This document shows positions 1-8,218 of a DNA stretch of 20,328 bases, piece by piece. Position 1 is the first letter of the stretch. Each line of letters starts with the position of its first letter. The notes under the pieces were generated by a model. That model searched no databases and was not told the DNA's origin. It was given only the letters and a program-made list of their open reading frames with translations. A program made the translations under genes and the position numbers. Source of the stretch: Prevotellaceae bacterium (GTDB lineage Bacteria; Bacteroidota; Bacteroidia; Bacteroidales; UBA932); contig JAIRLT010000263.1 of assembly GCA_031259225.1 (NCBI GenBank), positions 1-20,328 of the forward strand, given 5' to 3'.

Positions 1-1971
1 GGACACTTGCAGTTCCGAAACTTTTTCGCCATTGACATTATAAAACGTAACGGTTTGCTGCTTGCCGGCGATTGCCGCGGCTTTTTCATTTTCCCATTTC
101 AACATGACGCCTTTAAAATAGACGGTTTGCCCCGGGCGGTAAATGGCGCGGTCGGTAAAAAAAGTAGTTTGGTAAGACGGGGCGTTCGCGCCGGCATAGC
201 GGTATAAATAGGCATTTCCGCCGGCATAGCTGTCCGTCCCTTTGGTGAAAAACAAAGACAAATTGCGGTGTTGGTTGTCCGCACTTGTTAATGTTATCCT
301 GCCTTCCGCGCCGGAGGTATAGGTTTCGCCGTATTTCACTTCATACCACCGCTGGTTGTATTTATATTCATGCGTGTAGCGTTGTGCAGTTACGCCCTTC
401 AAAGGCTGCCCGCTTGTCCGGTCAAGCAACTGTACAATGATTTGCCCATTGTCTTCCCGTTTCACAAAACTGATGTTCGTTATCCAAATTTTCATTTCCG
501 TTACGAGCGTGGCTTTGTCCGAAAAATGCCCGTCCACCGAAGCCAGCAGGGCGTAATAACCCTCGTTCAATGCCGGTAACGCCAACTCCACGGTATGCTG
601 CTGGTAATCGCCGTCGTCGGGCAAATCAAACGCCATCGTTTGCACGGTTTTCGCCGCTGCATAAGCCACCAGCCGGTCTTCTTCGTTGGTGCGCAGCAGC
701 TCTTTTTTGAAATCCAGCGCTACGATTTTAATATATACTTTAGGTACGTTCCGGTACACCACATTGACGAGCAGCGGCAGTCCGGGCGCCGTCGCCTCGT
801 CCGCCGTAAGGGTGAGCGCCGGTTGCAGAATGTCATTTTTCAGGGCAAGGCAGTTGTTTGTGCCGAAACTATCCGGAAAACGGCTCGCCGCGCAGTCAAT
901 CACTGCCACCGCTTCCTTTTTCTTCCATTGCGGCGCGGGGTTGGTAAAAGGATTGTAGGCATCGCCCTGCCGGTTATACAGTTTTGCCCTACGGTAAGCA
1001 ATCTCTGCCGAACACGGCGCGCCGGCATACTGCGTTTCCAACGCCTGCAACGCCGACAGATACAGGCTGTCCTTGTTGGGCAGGACACTTTTCCGGTGCA
1101 CAAAATCCAGCCGCCACAAATCGGCGTCCACCAATGCATCCGGCGTGGTGTCCGGCAAATGAAACGCTATAAGCTGTTGTAATAATACCAATGATTGATA
1201 GGGGAACGACAGCGTGTCGGTTGTTGCCGGCGGCTGCTGTACGAAGGCGGCGGCAGGCGCGAAATATTCCGCCCGGTCGATTACAAACCGGTCAGCCGGC
1301 TGCGTTAAACCGGCTTCGGTGTTTTGGTAAAAAGCTACGGCGCGGAACGCCAAAAAATCAAACAACGTGGGGCGGTAACGCTCCGAATACGGCGCTTTCT
1401 TCAAAATAGCGGCATACGCGCCGGTATTGATTTGCTGCAACGCCTCCGGCATTTCCAGCGAAGCCGAATAATGCGCTACACACCGCTCCACCAGTTGCCG
1501 CAAGTCGAGGGTACGCACGTCGTCCGGGGGCAAGTTCCCTACTGCATCCGGCGCGGGCATCCGGGATGTGCGGTTGTGGAATTGCCAGCGGTTTCCTTCG
1601 TAATACTGCCAATATAAACCGGCAGCTATCGTATGCAAAATATTTCCGGTGGGGAAGGTGGCGGTACGAAGCAGTTCTTCCGTCTCGGCAATGTTTTTGG
1701 CAAGCGCGTCCTCTTCGTAGCTGCTTTTTACCCGCAAGCGGTAAATCACGGCTTTGATGAATTGCGGCACATTCTTTTCCTGCCGCGCCGCATCGTAAAT
1801 TTTATCAATAATTTTCCCCGCCGGTTGCGGTTGCCCGGCAGCCAATAAACTGTCGGCTTTTTCCCATTCGGATGTATAATTTTTCATTAGTATATCAGGT
1901 TGATTTTTTTGTGTCCATGCCGGCAGCGCGGCAAACAACGCCGCAATGGCTATTAAAACGGTTCTTTTCAT
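1..1971 (-). CDS. Large secreted MG2-domain protein, alpha-2-macroglobulin family. N-terminal 657 aa only; the C-terminus lies beyond the window.
   Basis: Translating the reverse complement from the ATG at 1971-1969 gives MKRTVLIAIAALFAALPAWTQK, a signal peptide with no Cys. A sensible, stop-free frame then runs to position 1 (1971 nt = 657 codons). It ends with a TDRAIYRPGQTVYFKGV-type segment typical of bacterial A2M MG domains. The ORF is absent from the supplied track only because it has no in-window stop. Every + strand ORF in this region reads as antisense junk. Confidence 0.6.
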   Translation of the reverse strand, partial: MKRTVLIAIAALFAALPAWTQKNQPDILMKNYTSEWEKADSLLAAGQPQPAGKIIDKIYDAARQEKNVPQFIKAVIYRLRVKSSYEEDALAKNIAETEELLRTATFPTGNILHTIAAGLYWQYYEGNRWQFHNRTSRMPAPDAVGNLPPDDVRTLDLRQLVERCVAHYSASLEMPEALQQINTGAYAAILKKAPYSERYRPTLFDFLAFRAVAFYQNTEAGLTQPADRFVIDRAEYFAPAAAFVQQPPATTDTLSFPYQSLVLLQQLIAFHLPDTTPDALVDADLWRLDFVHRKSVLPNKDSLYLSALQALETQYAGAPCSAEIAYRRAKLYNRQGDAYNPFTNPAPQWKKKEAVAVIDCAASRFPDSFGTNNCLALKNDILQPALTLTADEATAPGLPLLVNVVYRNVPKVYIKIVALDFKKELLRTNEEDRLVAYAAAKTVQTMAFDLPDDGDYQQHTVELALPALNEGYYALLASVDGHFSDKATLVTEMKIWITNISFVKREDNGQIIVQLLDRTSGQPLKGVTAQRYTHEYKYNQRWYEVKYGETYTSGAEGRITLTSADNQHRNLSLFFTKGTDSYAGGNAYLYRYAGANAPSYQTTFFTDRAIYRPGQTVYFKGVMLKWENEKAAAIAGKQQTVTFYNVNGEKVSELQVS

Positions 1972-1993
1972 AAACGAGCCTTTTAATTTATAA

Positions 1994-2001
1994 CAAAGAT
2001 A
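1994..2001 (-). promoter_or_regulatory. Bacteroidota -7 promoter element (TATCTTTG on the minus strand) for the MG2-domain gene
   Basis: Plus-strand caaagata is the reverse complement of TAtcTTTG. It matches the TAnnTTTG consensus and sits 22 nt upstream of the ATG at 1971. Confidence 0.5.
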
Positions 2002-2017
2002 GTGAAAAAGAATTTGT

Positions 2018-2046
2018 AGGAATTAGGAATTGGCTGGCGCCAGAAC
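2018..2046. repeat. Short repeat block: inverted CTAATTC motifs (gaattaggaatt) next to the perfect palindrome CTGGCGCCAG
   Basis: Read directly: ggaattaggaattggCTGGCGCCAGaac. Related motifs recur at 2174-2268 and 9437-9452. Confidence 0.5.
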
Positions 2047-2083
2047 AAATTCAAAATTCAAAGATTTCAAGTTTCAAAATTTC

Positions 2084-2117
2084 AAAAAAAACCGCCGGTA
2101 CATTTCTGCACCGGCAG
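2084..2117 (-). terminator. Rho-independent terminator for the minus-strand biosynthetic operon
   Basis: The minus-strand transcript reads cuGCCGGUGCA-GAAA-UGUACCGGCgg followed by U8. That is a 9-bp stem (one G.U) with a GNRA tetraloop and a poly-U tail, about 135 nt after the last operon stop at 2255. On the plus strand the same stem has an A-C mismatch, which supports minus orientation. Confidence 0.65.
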
Positions 2118-2136
2118 TTCTTCTTTGCACCCATCA

Positions 2137-2172
2137 CCCCCTCCTAAGGTTTGGTGGTCAGGGGGCTTTTTT
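2137..2172 (+). terminator. Orphan plus-oriented hairpin plus T6 (CCCCCT...AGGGGG then cTTTTTT)
   Basis: A 6-bp G/C stem (2137-2142 paired with 2160-2165) is followed by c and T6 at 2167-2172. No plus-strand gene lies upstream. Confidence 0.3.
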
Positions 2173-2173
2173 C

Positions 2174-2268
2174 TAATTGGCTGGTACGCCAGCCTAATTC
2201 TGTAAATCCGTAAATTGTTTCCGGCGCGACAGCCTAATTCCTAATTCTTAATTCCTAATTCTTAATTG
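2174..2268. repeat. Repeat block at the 3' end of the operon. It holds a near-palindrome GGCTGGTACGCCAGCC, two inverted ATTTACNG octamers (ctgtaaatccgtaaattg) and five tandem CTAATTC/TTAATTC heptamers that overlap the last codons and stop of the KS-partner gene.
   Basis: Read directly from the sequence. The heptamers are at 2234-2240, 2241-2247, 2248-2254, 2255-2261 and 2262-2268. The octamers are the reverse complement of the ATTTACGG ATTTACAG units found at 9405-9436. Confidence 0.6.
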
Positions 2269-3259
2269 GCTGCCGTGCCACCGCTAACATCAATGTGTGG
2301 TTGCAATTTTGATAATGGTTATAGAGCAGTACTTTTTGCGGCTTGGCGGCTGTGCCGGGTCTAAATACGGCGGGTGCGGGAAATGCGCCGGCGGCAATGG
2401 AATGAGCGGCTAATGCCAAAGCAAAGGCGCTGCTTGTATGGTATTCCCCGCAGAGGTGCTTATAGGTGATAAGCTGGCAGGAGGGCGGGAAAAAGTTATC
2501 TATAAGCCGGCAGTATATGGCGTCGTCGCCCGGGTTGCCGTTTATCCCCAAGAGGACGGCGTCCAAGTGGTGCAGCGGCATATTGTGTTCTTCCAAAAAC
2601 CGGGCAATAAAATCCTCCTCAGGGGCATAATAAGTCCTGACCGCCGGAATTTCCACGCTGTTTTTTCCGGCGGGCGAGTCGCTTAGCAGGAAAAATCCCG
2701 CTCCTTCGCCGGTAACCACTTTTGGCGTTAGCAGGTTGTAATAATGCATGGAAAATTCGTCGATGCCGCCTACCAGCACTTGCCGGTGTTCCTTTTCGTG
2801 GAGTAGCATCAGGGCGTCCAGCAGGGCGTTTTCAAACGAAGCGCCGCGATGGCAATGGGTATTGTTATAGGTCTGTATTTTCAACGTGCGCGCCACCTGC
2901 GCCGCCACCGTATTGTGCAGTGAGTTGATAAACGGAATGGACGACAACCCCTGTTCCCCTGTTTCGATAATGGATTTCAGGAAAAGTTCGAGGTCATTGA
3001 CACAGGCAAGCCCGGTGCCAACGATGATAGCATCGGGCTGTTGCCCGCCGGCATTGTTGATACATAGCTGCGCCGCGCCTATCCCCAGTTTCAGGATGCG
3101 CGACATGCGCCGCAGTTGCACCGGGTTGATGAGTCCTTTGTAATTTGGCTCTATTGCCGGCAATATGGGCATGCCCTCCGTTTCCAGCCCGCACGAAAAG
3201 TCATTTTCAAAAGTGCGTTGCGGCGAAATAAGTCCTGTGGATGTAAGGTAAGCATGCAT
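2255..3259 (-). CDS. Ketosynthase-like partner subunit, chain-length-factor-like. A shortened beta-ketoacyl synthase family protein that lacks the HGTGT catalytic His motif.
   Basis: The 334-aa ORF has a KS-like core (QVLVGGIDEF, and GEYHTSSAFALALAA aligning to the GYTGHTLAAAGAA region of the adjacent KS). LGINGNPGDD replaces the HGTGT motif. Its start codon lies 1 nt after the KS stop, which points to a coupled KS/CLF-type heterodimer. Confidence 0.7.
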   Translation of the reverse strand: MHAYLTSTGLISPQRTFENDFSCGLETEGMPILPAIEPNYKGLINPVQLRRMSRILKLGIGAAQLCINNAGGQQPDAIIVGTGLACVNDLELFLKSIIETGEQGLSSIPFINSLHNTVAAQVARTLKIQTYNNTHCHRGASFENALLDALMLLHEKEHRQVLVGGIDEFSMHYYNLLTPKVVTGEGAGFFLLSDSPAGKNSVEIPAVRTYYAPEEDFIARFLEEHNMPLHHLDAVLLGINGNPGDDAIYCRLIDNFFPPSCQLITYKHLCGEYHTSSAFALALAAHSIAAGAFPAPAVFRPGTAAKPQKVLLYNHYQNCNHTLMLAVARQPIKN

Positions 3260-3260
3260 A

Positions 3261-4490
3261 TTACGGTCGTGAAAAAATTAAAGCGGCATTGCTCCCCCCA
3301 AAGCCAAAAGAGTTGGATAAAACATGATTGACCGGTACGTTTTCTTCCAGCGCCGTTTGCGGCAGGAATGAGAGTTCGGGCATTTGCGTAGTGAAGCGCA
3401 GGTTCGGGAACAGCAGGCGGTGTTGGATGGCGAGGATGGAAATGATAGCCTCTGCCGCCCCGGCAGCCGCTAAAGTATGCCCCGTATAGCCTTTGGTGGA
3501 GCTGACCGGCGGGACAGTGGCGCCGAAAACCGTTTCAATGGCGCGCCCTTCCGACAGGTCGTTTATCACCGTGCCGGTGCCGTGCGCATTGATATAGCTG
3601 ATGCCGGCGGCAGGCAGCCCTGCTGTGTCCAGCGCTTTCCTGATAGCGTGTACCGCGCCTTCGCCGTAGGGCGACGAAGCGGTTTGGTGGTAGGCTTCGT
3701 TGGTGTTCGCATAACCGCTTAACCGGCATAAAATATTTTCCGGTTTGGCTACGGCGGCGGCTTCCAGTACGAGGTAGGCGGCTCCTTCCCCTAATGAAAT
3801 GCCGTTCCGGTGGGCGTCAAAAGGCATACAGCCGCCCGGCGACAGGATTTCCAAGCTGTTAAAACCGTTCAGGGCGAAACGGGTCAAGGCGTCGGCGCCG
3901 CCTACCAGCACTTTGTCGGCAATGCCGGTTTTAATCATCCTCGCGCCGACAATAATCGCATTCGCCGAAGAGGAACAGGCGGTGCTTACCGTAGTAACAT
4001 TATTTGAAATGCCGAAATAGCCGGCGATTTTTTGCGCAGCGTCGGCGCAATCCAACAATTCTATGTATTTTTTTTCTACCGTTCCCGCCAATATCGTATG
4101 GGCGTTTTTTTCATGAAAACGCATTCCGCCCGTCGTGGTCGCGGACACCAAGCTGATCCGTTGCTTATCCACTTTGCTTTGCGACATCCGCATGGCTTCC
4201 TGCGCCGCTACCAAACCCAGCAGGGCTGTGCGGGAACAGACATCCCTGCCCGGATGCATATCCGCGCGGCGGAATAATTCTTCGTCGCTGCATTTTACTT
4301 CCCCTGCCGGAAGGTGTTTTAATTTTGTATCGAATAATGTGATGGGGGCAATGCCTGTCCGCTGTTCACGCAGGGCAAGCAATGTTTCCTTTACCGAAAA
4401 CCCTATCGCCGACACCATGCCGGCGCCTGTAATGTAAACCGCCGGCATGGATTTATTGTAAACCGCTGGCATGGATTCAGGATCTTTCAC
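3261..4490 (-). CDS. Beta-ketoacyl-ACP synthase, FabF/KAS II-like ketosynthase
   Basis: Active-site motif VSTACSSS is present, together with HGTGT, GHTLAAAG and NSFGFGGSNAALIF. The N-terminus carries a short tandem duplication, MPAVYNKS followed by MPAVYITGAG. The true start may be the internal Met at 4448 (MPAVYITGAGMVSAIG, a textbook KS N-terminus) rather than 4490. Confidence 0.9.
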   Translation of the reverse strand: MKDPESMPAVYNKSMPAVYITGAGMVSAIGFSVKETLLALREQRTGIAPITLFDTKLKHLPAGEVKCSDEELFRRADMHPGRDVCSRTALLGLVAAQEAMRMSQSKVDKQRISLVSATTTGGMRFHEKNAHTILAGTVEKKYIELLDCADAAQKIAGYFGISNNVTTVSTACSSSANAIIVGARMIKTGIADKVLVGGADALTRFALNGFNSLEILSPGGCMPFDAHRNGISLGEGAAYLVLEAAAVAKPENILCRLSGYANTNEAYHQTASSPYGEGAVHAIRKALDTAGLPAAGISYINAHGTGTVINDLSEGRAIETVFGATVPPVSSTKGYTGHTLAAAGAAEAIISILAIQHRLLFPNLRFTTQMPELSFLPQTALEENVPVNHVLSNSFGFGGSNAALIFSRP

Positions 4491-4491
4491 T

Positions 4492-4752
4492 TTACTGGTG
4501 GCTCAAGATATAATCCGCCATGGCATTCACCGATTGCAAGGCATCGCGGCGTTCTTTCGGGTCTTCCACCCGGATGCCATATTGTTTTTCCAACAATAAA
4601 ATTAACTCCAAGGCGTCAATAGAGTCCAGCCCCAGCCCTTCCACGAAGAGCGGGGCTGCGGGGTCAATGTCGCCGGGGGTAAGGTCTTCGAGCAATAATG
4701 CTTCTATGATTTGTGCCTTTAATTGTTCGACAAGTGCTGTTTTTTCCATCAT
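4492..4752 (-). CDS. Acyl carrier protein
   Basis: 86 aa with the phosphopantetheine attachment motif LGLDSIDALEL. Its stop lies 1 nt before the KS start. Confidence 0.9.
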   Translation of the reverse strand: MMEKTALVEQLKAQIIEALLLEDLTPGDIDPAAPLFVEGLGLDSIDALELILLLEKQYGIRVEDPKERRDALQSVNAMADYILSHQ

Positions 4753-4771
4753 ATTTTTTTAAAATTTAATT

Positions 4772-6043
4772 CTACAAATCTATCCTTTTTCTTTTATTAT
4801 ACCAAATCGCCGCTCCGGTGCACAGGGCAAAAAACAATAACGAAACGGCGCTTTCCGGCAGGACGGACGTCCAGTTCCCGCCCCGTACAAAAATGGCGTA
4901 AAAACCTTCCAGCCCCCAGTTCAGCGGCGAGATATGGCTAACGAGTTGCATGATGTGCGGCATGACGAATACCGGGATCCATATGCCGCCAATTGCCGCC
5001 ATTATTACTACTGAAATGGATGCAAAGATAGCCGCCTGCTGGTGCGTTACCGCCACTTTTCCTATCAGCACGCCATAGCCGATAGCCGCCAGTGCGGAAG
5101 ACGTGCAGGTTAAGATCAGGGCAAAATAATCGACACCGGCGTCCAAAGGAGGCAAGCCCAAGTACGGGAAAACAAAAACGCCCAAAAGCATCAACGCCGT
5201 AAACTGTAAAACGCAAACCCCAAAATATACGGCGATTTTGCTGAATAAATAAAAGGAATAGGGGCAGGGCATCAGGCGTAACCGCGTATAACTCCCGTCG
5301 TCCCGTTCCTTGATAATATTTCCCGACAGGGAAATGGTGATAAAGAAAATGGCAAACATACTCCATGCCGGCACGTTGTGCTGTGTGGAATTGGGTATTT
5401 TATCCCGTTCTTTCAAGGACGCATATTGCTCGGTAAAGAGCACCTGATTGCGCGCCAGGTGCACATCGGTAATGGGGATGGGCGACAGGTGGTTTACTTC
5501 CGCAATAATTTCGTTGAAAATAAAATCCGATTCCGTGCGTACGGCATACTCCCGCAGGCTGCTCATCAAGGTGGTGCGGAAGGAGCTTTTAATCGCCGGG
5601 TCCAGGTAAATAGCTACCTGCACCTCATCGGCAACCGGCGGTAATGCTTTGCCGTTAAACGCGCCGGCGACATACCGCTTTACATTTTTCCGGATATTCA
5701 CGGTCGCCTGTTCCGGCACCATGATCCCAACCAGGTAATCGCCTTTGGCGACTGCCGTAACCAGTTGTTCTTCCGTCACCGGTTGACCGTTTATGGATTT
5801 ATGCACGTCGAAGATGCCGGATTGCGTTATTTGCTTTTCCATCGCCACGCCCAGGGAACCGGTGTCGCGGTTGAGCAGCAGCAAGGGGATGTGATTTTCG
5901 TGTACCGCATGAAACGTGCTATCCTGCAAACAGGTCATGATGATTACCAGCAACACGGGCAGGAGGAACATCATGGCAAGCCCGGCTTTGTCGCGCACCA
6001 GCAAAAGGAAATCTTTATAAATTAAGAATTGAAATTTGTTCAT
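4772..6043 (-). CDS. ABC-2 family transporter permease
   Basis: 423 aa. There is an N-terminal TM helix (LAMMFLLPVLLVIIMTCL), a large extracytoplasmic loop, and a C-terminal cluster of about 5 hydrophobic helices. Its start abuts the ATPase stop. Confidence 0.8.
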   Translation of the reverse strand: MNKFQFLIYKDFLLLVRDKAGLAMMFLLPVLLVIIMTCLQDSTFHAVHENHIPLLLLNRDTGSLGVAMEKQITQSGIFDVHKSINGQPVTEEQLVTAVAKGDYLVGIMVPEQATVNIRKNVKRYVAGAFNGKALPPVADEVQVAIYLDPAIKSSFRTTLMSSLREYAVRTESDFIFNEIIAEVNHLSPIPITDVHLARNQVLFTEQYASLKERDKIPNSTQHNVPAWSMFAIFFITISLSGNIIKERDDGSYTRLRLMPCPYSFYLFSKIAVYFGVCVLQFTALMLLGVFVFPYLGLPPLDAGVDYFALILTCTSSALAAIGYGVLIGKVAVTHQQAAIFASISVVIMAAIGGIWIPVFVMPHIMQLVSHISPLNWGLEGFYAIFVRGGNWTSVLPESAVSLLFFALCTGAAIWYNKRKRIDL

Positions 6044-6790
6044 TTAATCACGCAATTTCTTCCCGGTAAGTTGCAGGTATAACATTTCCAAAGAAGTGCA
6101 ACCCGGCTGTTGTTTTATCATTTCGGCAGGATTTCCTTCGCATACGACGCTGCCTTCATCAATAAAGGCGACGTGGGAACAAAGCGCTTCCGCCTCTTCC
6201 ATGTAGTGCGAGGTGTAGATAATGGTAGTCCCTTGCCGGTTCATTTCGCGCAGGCTTTCGAGGATAACGTTTTTTGATTGCACATCCACGCCAGCCGTAG
6301 GTTCGTCGAGAAACAGTATTTTCGGGCGGTGCAGTATGCCGGCGATGAGGTTCACCCGCCGTTTCATTCCGCCTGAAAAGTTTTGCAGGGTACGGCGTTT
6401 ACTTTGTTCCAGCCCGAATTGGGAAAGCAGTTCGTTTATACGGTTGTCTAACACCGCGCCGCGCAGCCCGAAAATCCCGCCGAAAATTTTCAGGTTTTCG
6501 TATGCCGTAAGCAGGGGGTAGAGCGCTATTTCCTGCGGCACAAAGCCAATAAGCGTTTTTATTTCCTTCCATTGTCGGGGAAGGGCATATCCATAGATGT
6601 TTACTTCGCCTTCGTCAAAGGAGCGCAGACCGCAGAGGATATTTATGAGGGTGGTTTTTCCCGCGCCGTTAGGTCCGAGTAGCCCGAATACCGTTCCCTG
6701 CGCTATTGACAGCGACAGGCGGTCTATCGCTGGGGAGGCATTTCCCCTGTAAGTTTTTACCAGTCGTTTAATGGTTATCGCCGGATACAT
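6044..6790 (-). CDS. ABC transporter ATP-binding protein
   Basis: Walker A motif GLLGPNGAGKTT, ABC signature LSGGMKRRVNLIAG, Walker B ILFLDEPTAGVD. Confidence 0.9.
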   Translation of the reverse strand: MYPAITIKRLVKTYRGNASPAIDRLSLSIAQGTVFGLLGPNGAGKTTLINILCGLRSFDEGEVNIYGYALPRQWKEIKTLIGFVPQEIALYPLLTAYENLKIFGGIFGLRGAVLDNRINELLSQFGLEQSKRRTLQNFSGGMKRRVNLIAGILHRPKILFLDEPTAGVDVQSKNVILESLREMNRQGTTIIYTSHYMEEAEALCSHVAFIDEGSVVCEGNPAEMIKQQPGCTSLEMLYLQLTGKKLRD

Positions 6791-6808
6791 GGTGCCGTGT
6801 TTTACTTT

Positions 6809-7822
6809 TTAAGGTTTATAGCTGTTTACGGTTTGGCGCAGCAGGCGGAAAATGGCTTCTTCCGCGCCGGCTATTTTCATCAGTTTATCCGCCAGCTCAT
6901 CATAGGTGCAAAGATCTTCGCCGCGGTTTTTGAATTTGCGTCCTGCGGCGGCGGCAAATTCGCGCCACCTGTCGCCGGCTTCCGTCATTTGCGCCGCGTA
7001 TTTCCTGCATTCCGGTTGCCGGAGGATGTCGGCGGCTTCCTGCAAAAATGCGGCATACATAAACCTGAAGCCGGCGCCGCCGGTGCCTATTTCTTCCAGC
7101 ATGCGTATAACCTGCGCCAGGTTCAACGCCGCCCGGTGGGTTCCAAAGCGTTTTTCCCAGCGGCGCATTCTTTTGGCGAGCAGGCGGATGCCGTGCACGC
7201 CGAAAAAAGGCAGGGGAATGTCAAGCATTCGGCGGCAGTTTAATTTTATGGCTTTAACCACCGCCCGCTGCAAATCCGGGCTTTGCGTTTTCATGCGGTC
7301 AATCCAGTACATTTTGCCGTAGGGGGGATAAGTGCCTTTGGCATAGCGGCAGCGTTTCAATGCTTCATAGCCGATAGTTTCCTTTTGCAGTATCACCGGG
7401 TCGCTTACGATATACTCGCCGTTTTCTTTCCCAATCACGGCAATGTTGTGGGCGTTGAAATGGAAACGGTATTCTTTCGGGAAATACGGTAAATGGAATA
7501 CGCCGACCAGCACGCCTACCGGCATTTCCCGGGCAATCAGGCGGTCTAAAGCCTGCATGGATTTATCTTTGTCTATGAACCGGCGTGTTTTTACTTTTAC
7601 CCCCAAGAGGTTAGTTACCCGCGAAAATATTTTCCCCGGCAAAGGACGAAACGAGGTAACCGCCATTCCGTGCAAGGTGATAAAAGGCATGTGGGAGAAA
7701 AATAAACCCGACCCCAGCCCTAAAACCATCGGTTCGCTAATGTTGATACCGTGAAAATTCAATAAATTTGATGTAACGCCGCTCTCGCAATGCGCCGCCG
7801 GTTTATGCTCAAATGCTATCAT
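6809..7822 (-). CDS. BtrH N-terminal domain protein (butirosin BtrH-like, predicted ACP-dependent acyltransferase fold, with a DUF4872-like C-terminal half)
   Basis: The segment MIAFEHKPAAHCESGVTSNLLNFHGINISEPMVLGLGSGLFF resembles the BtrH_N signature. The track ORF 6809..8068 is trimmed to the Met at 7822. The upstream 82 codons overlap the preceding gene in another frame and look non-coding. The ATG at 7822-7820 overlaps the upstream stop as ATGA. Confidence 0.6.
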   Translation of the reverse strand: MIAFEHKPAAHCESGVTSNLLNFHGINISEPMVLGLGSGLFFSHMPFITLHGMAVTSFRPLPGKIFSRVTNLLGVKVKTRRFIDKDKSMQALDRLIAREMPVGVLVGVFHLPYFPKEYRFHFNAHNIAVIGKENGEYIVSDPVILQKETIGYEALKRCRYAKGTYPPYGKMYWIDRMKTQSPDLQRAVVKAIKLNCRRMLDIPLPFFGVHGIRLLAKRMRRWEKRFGTHRAALNLAQVIRMLEEIGTGGAGFRFMYAAFLQEAADILRQPECRKYAAQMTEAGDRWREFAAAAGRKFKNRGEDLCTYDELADKLMKIAGAEEAIFRLLRQTVNSYKP

Positions 7823-8214
7823 ACACTTTTTAACTCTTCTTCCGTAATATGCATCGCATCGGCATATTTCTTCAGTATGGATGCGTCTACTTGTAAAAAC
7901 GCCTTTGCTTCCAGGTGCTTTTTGATTGTTTTTTTCGGCAGTCCCGTGTATGCTGCCAGCAGGGGAATGTCCAGCAAGCACATTCTTATATGATAAGCCA
8001 AAGGGCTTTTTTTGCCGGCAAGGACTTCCTGCCGGATTGTTTCCGCTTCTTTTGAAATATATTCCCACGTTAATGACAGGGCGTCGTGTTTCGCCTTGCA
8101 GCCCGCGCTAAGCACTTGCCGGTAATTCCCCTGTTCATCCAGGGCATAATAAACATTACGAAGCTGTGTGTTTCCGGAGGATTGTTCTTCTTGCAGCGCT
8201 TCTTCTATTTTCAT
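7819..8214 (-). CDS. Hypothetical 131-aa protein within the biosynthetic operon
   Basis: A complete ORF whose start lies 4 nt after the FabH-like stop. No recognisable motif. Confidence 0.55.
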   Translation of the reverse strand: MKIEEALQEEQSSGNTQLRNVYYALDEQGNYRQVLSAGCKAKHDALSLTWEYISKEAETIRQEVLAGKKSPLAYHIRMCLLDIPLLAAYTGLPKKTIKKHLEAKAFLQVDASILKKYADAMHITEEELKSV

Positions 8215-8218
8215 AGTC

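Noticed and set aside
7-1848. Numerous 60-195 aa ORFs on both strands (for example 595..1182 + at 195 aa, 1324..1617 +, 1358..1612 -)
   Set aside because: All lie in other frames over the long stop-free minus-strand frame that encodes the MG2-domain protein. Their translations are Arg/Cys-rich, low-complexity antisense or out-of-frame junk.
4938-5366. 142-aa minus-strand ORF inside the permease gene
   Set aside because: Out-of-frame overlap with the ABC-2 permease CDS, which has convincing TM topology. No independent signal.
7823-8068. N-terminal 82 codons of track ORF 6809..8068
   Set aside because: This stretch overlaps the 131-aa gene in another frame and has no protein-like composition. 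The BtrH_N homology begins at the Met at 7822, which forms an ATGA overlap with the upstream stop.
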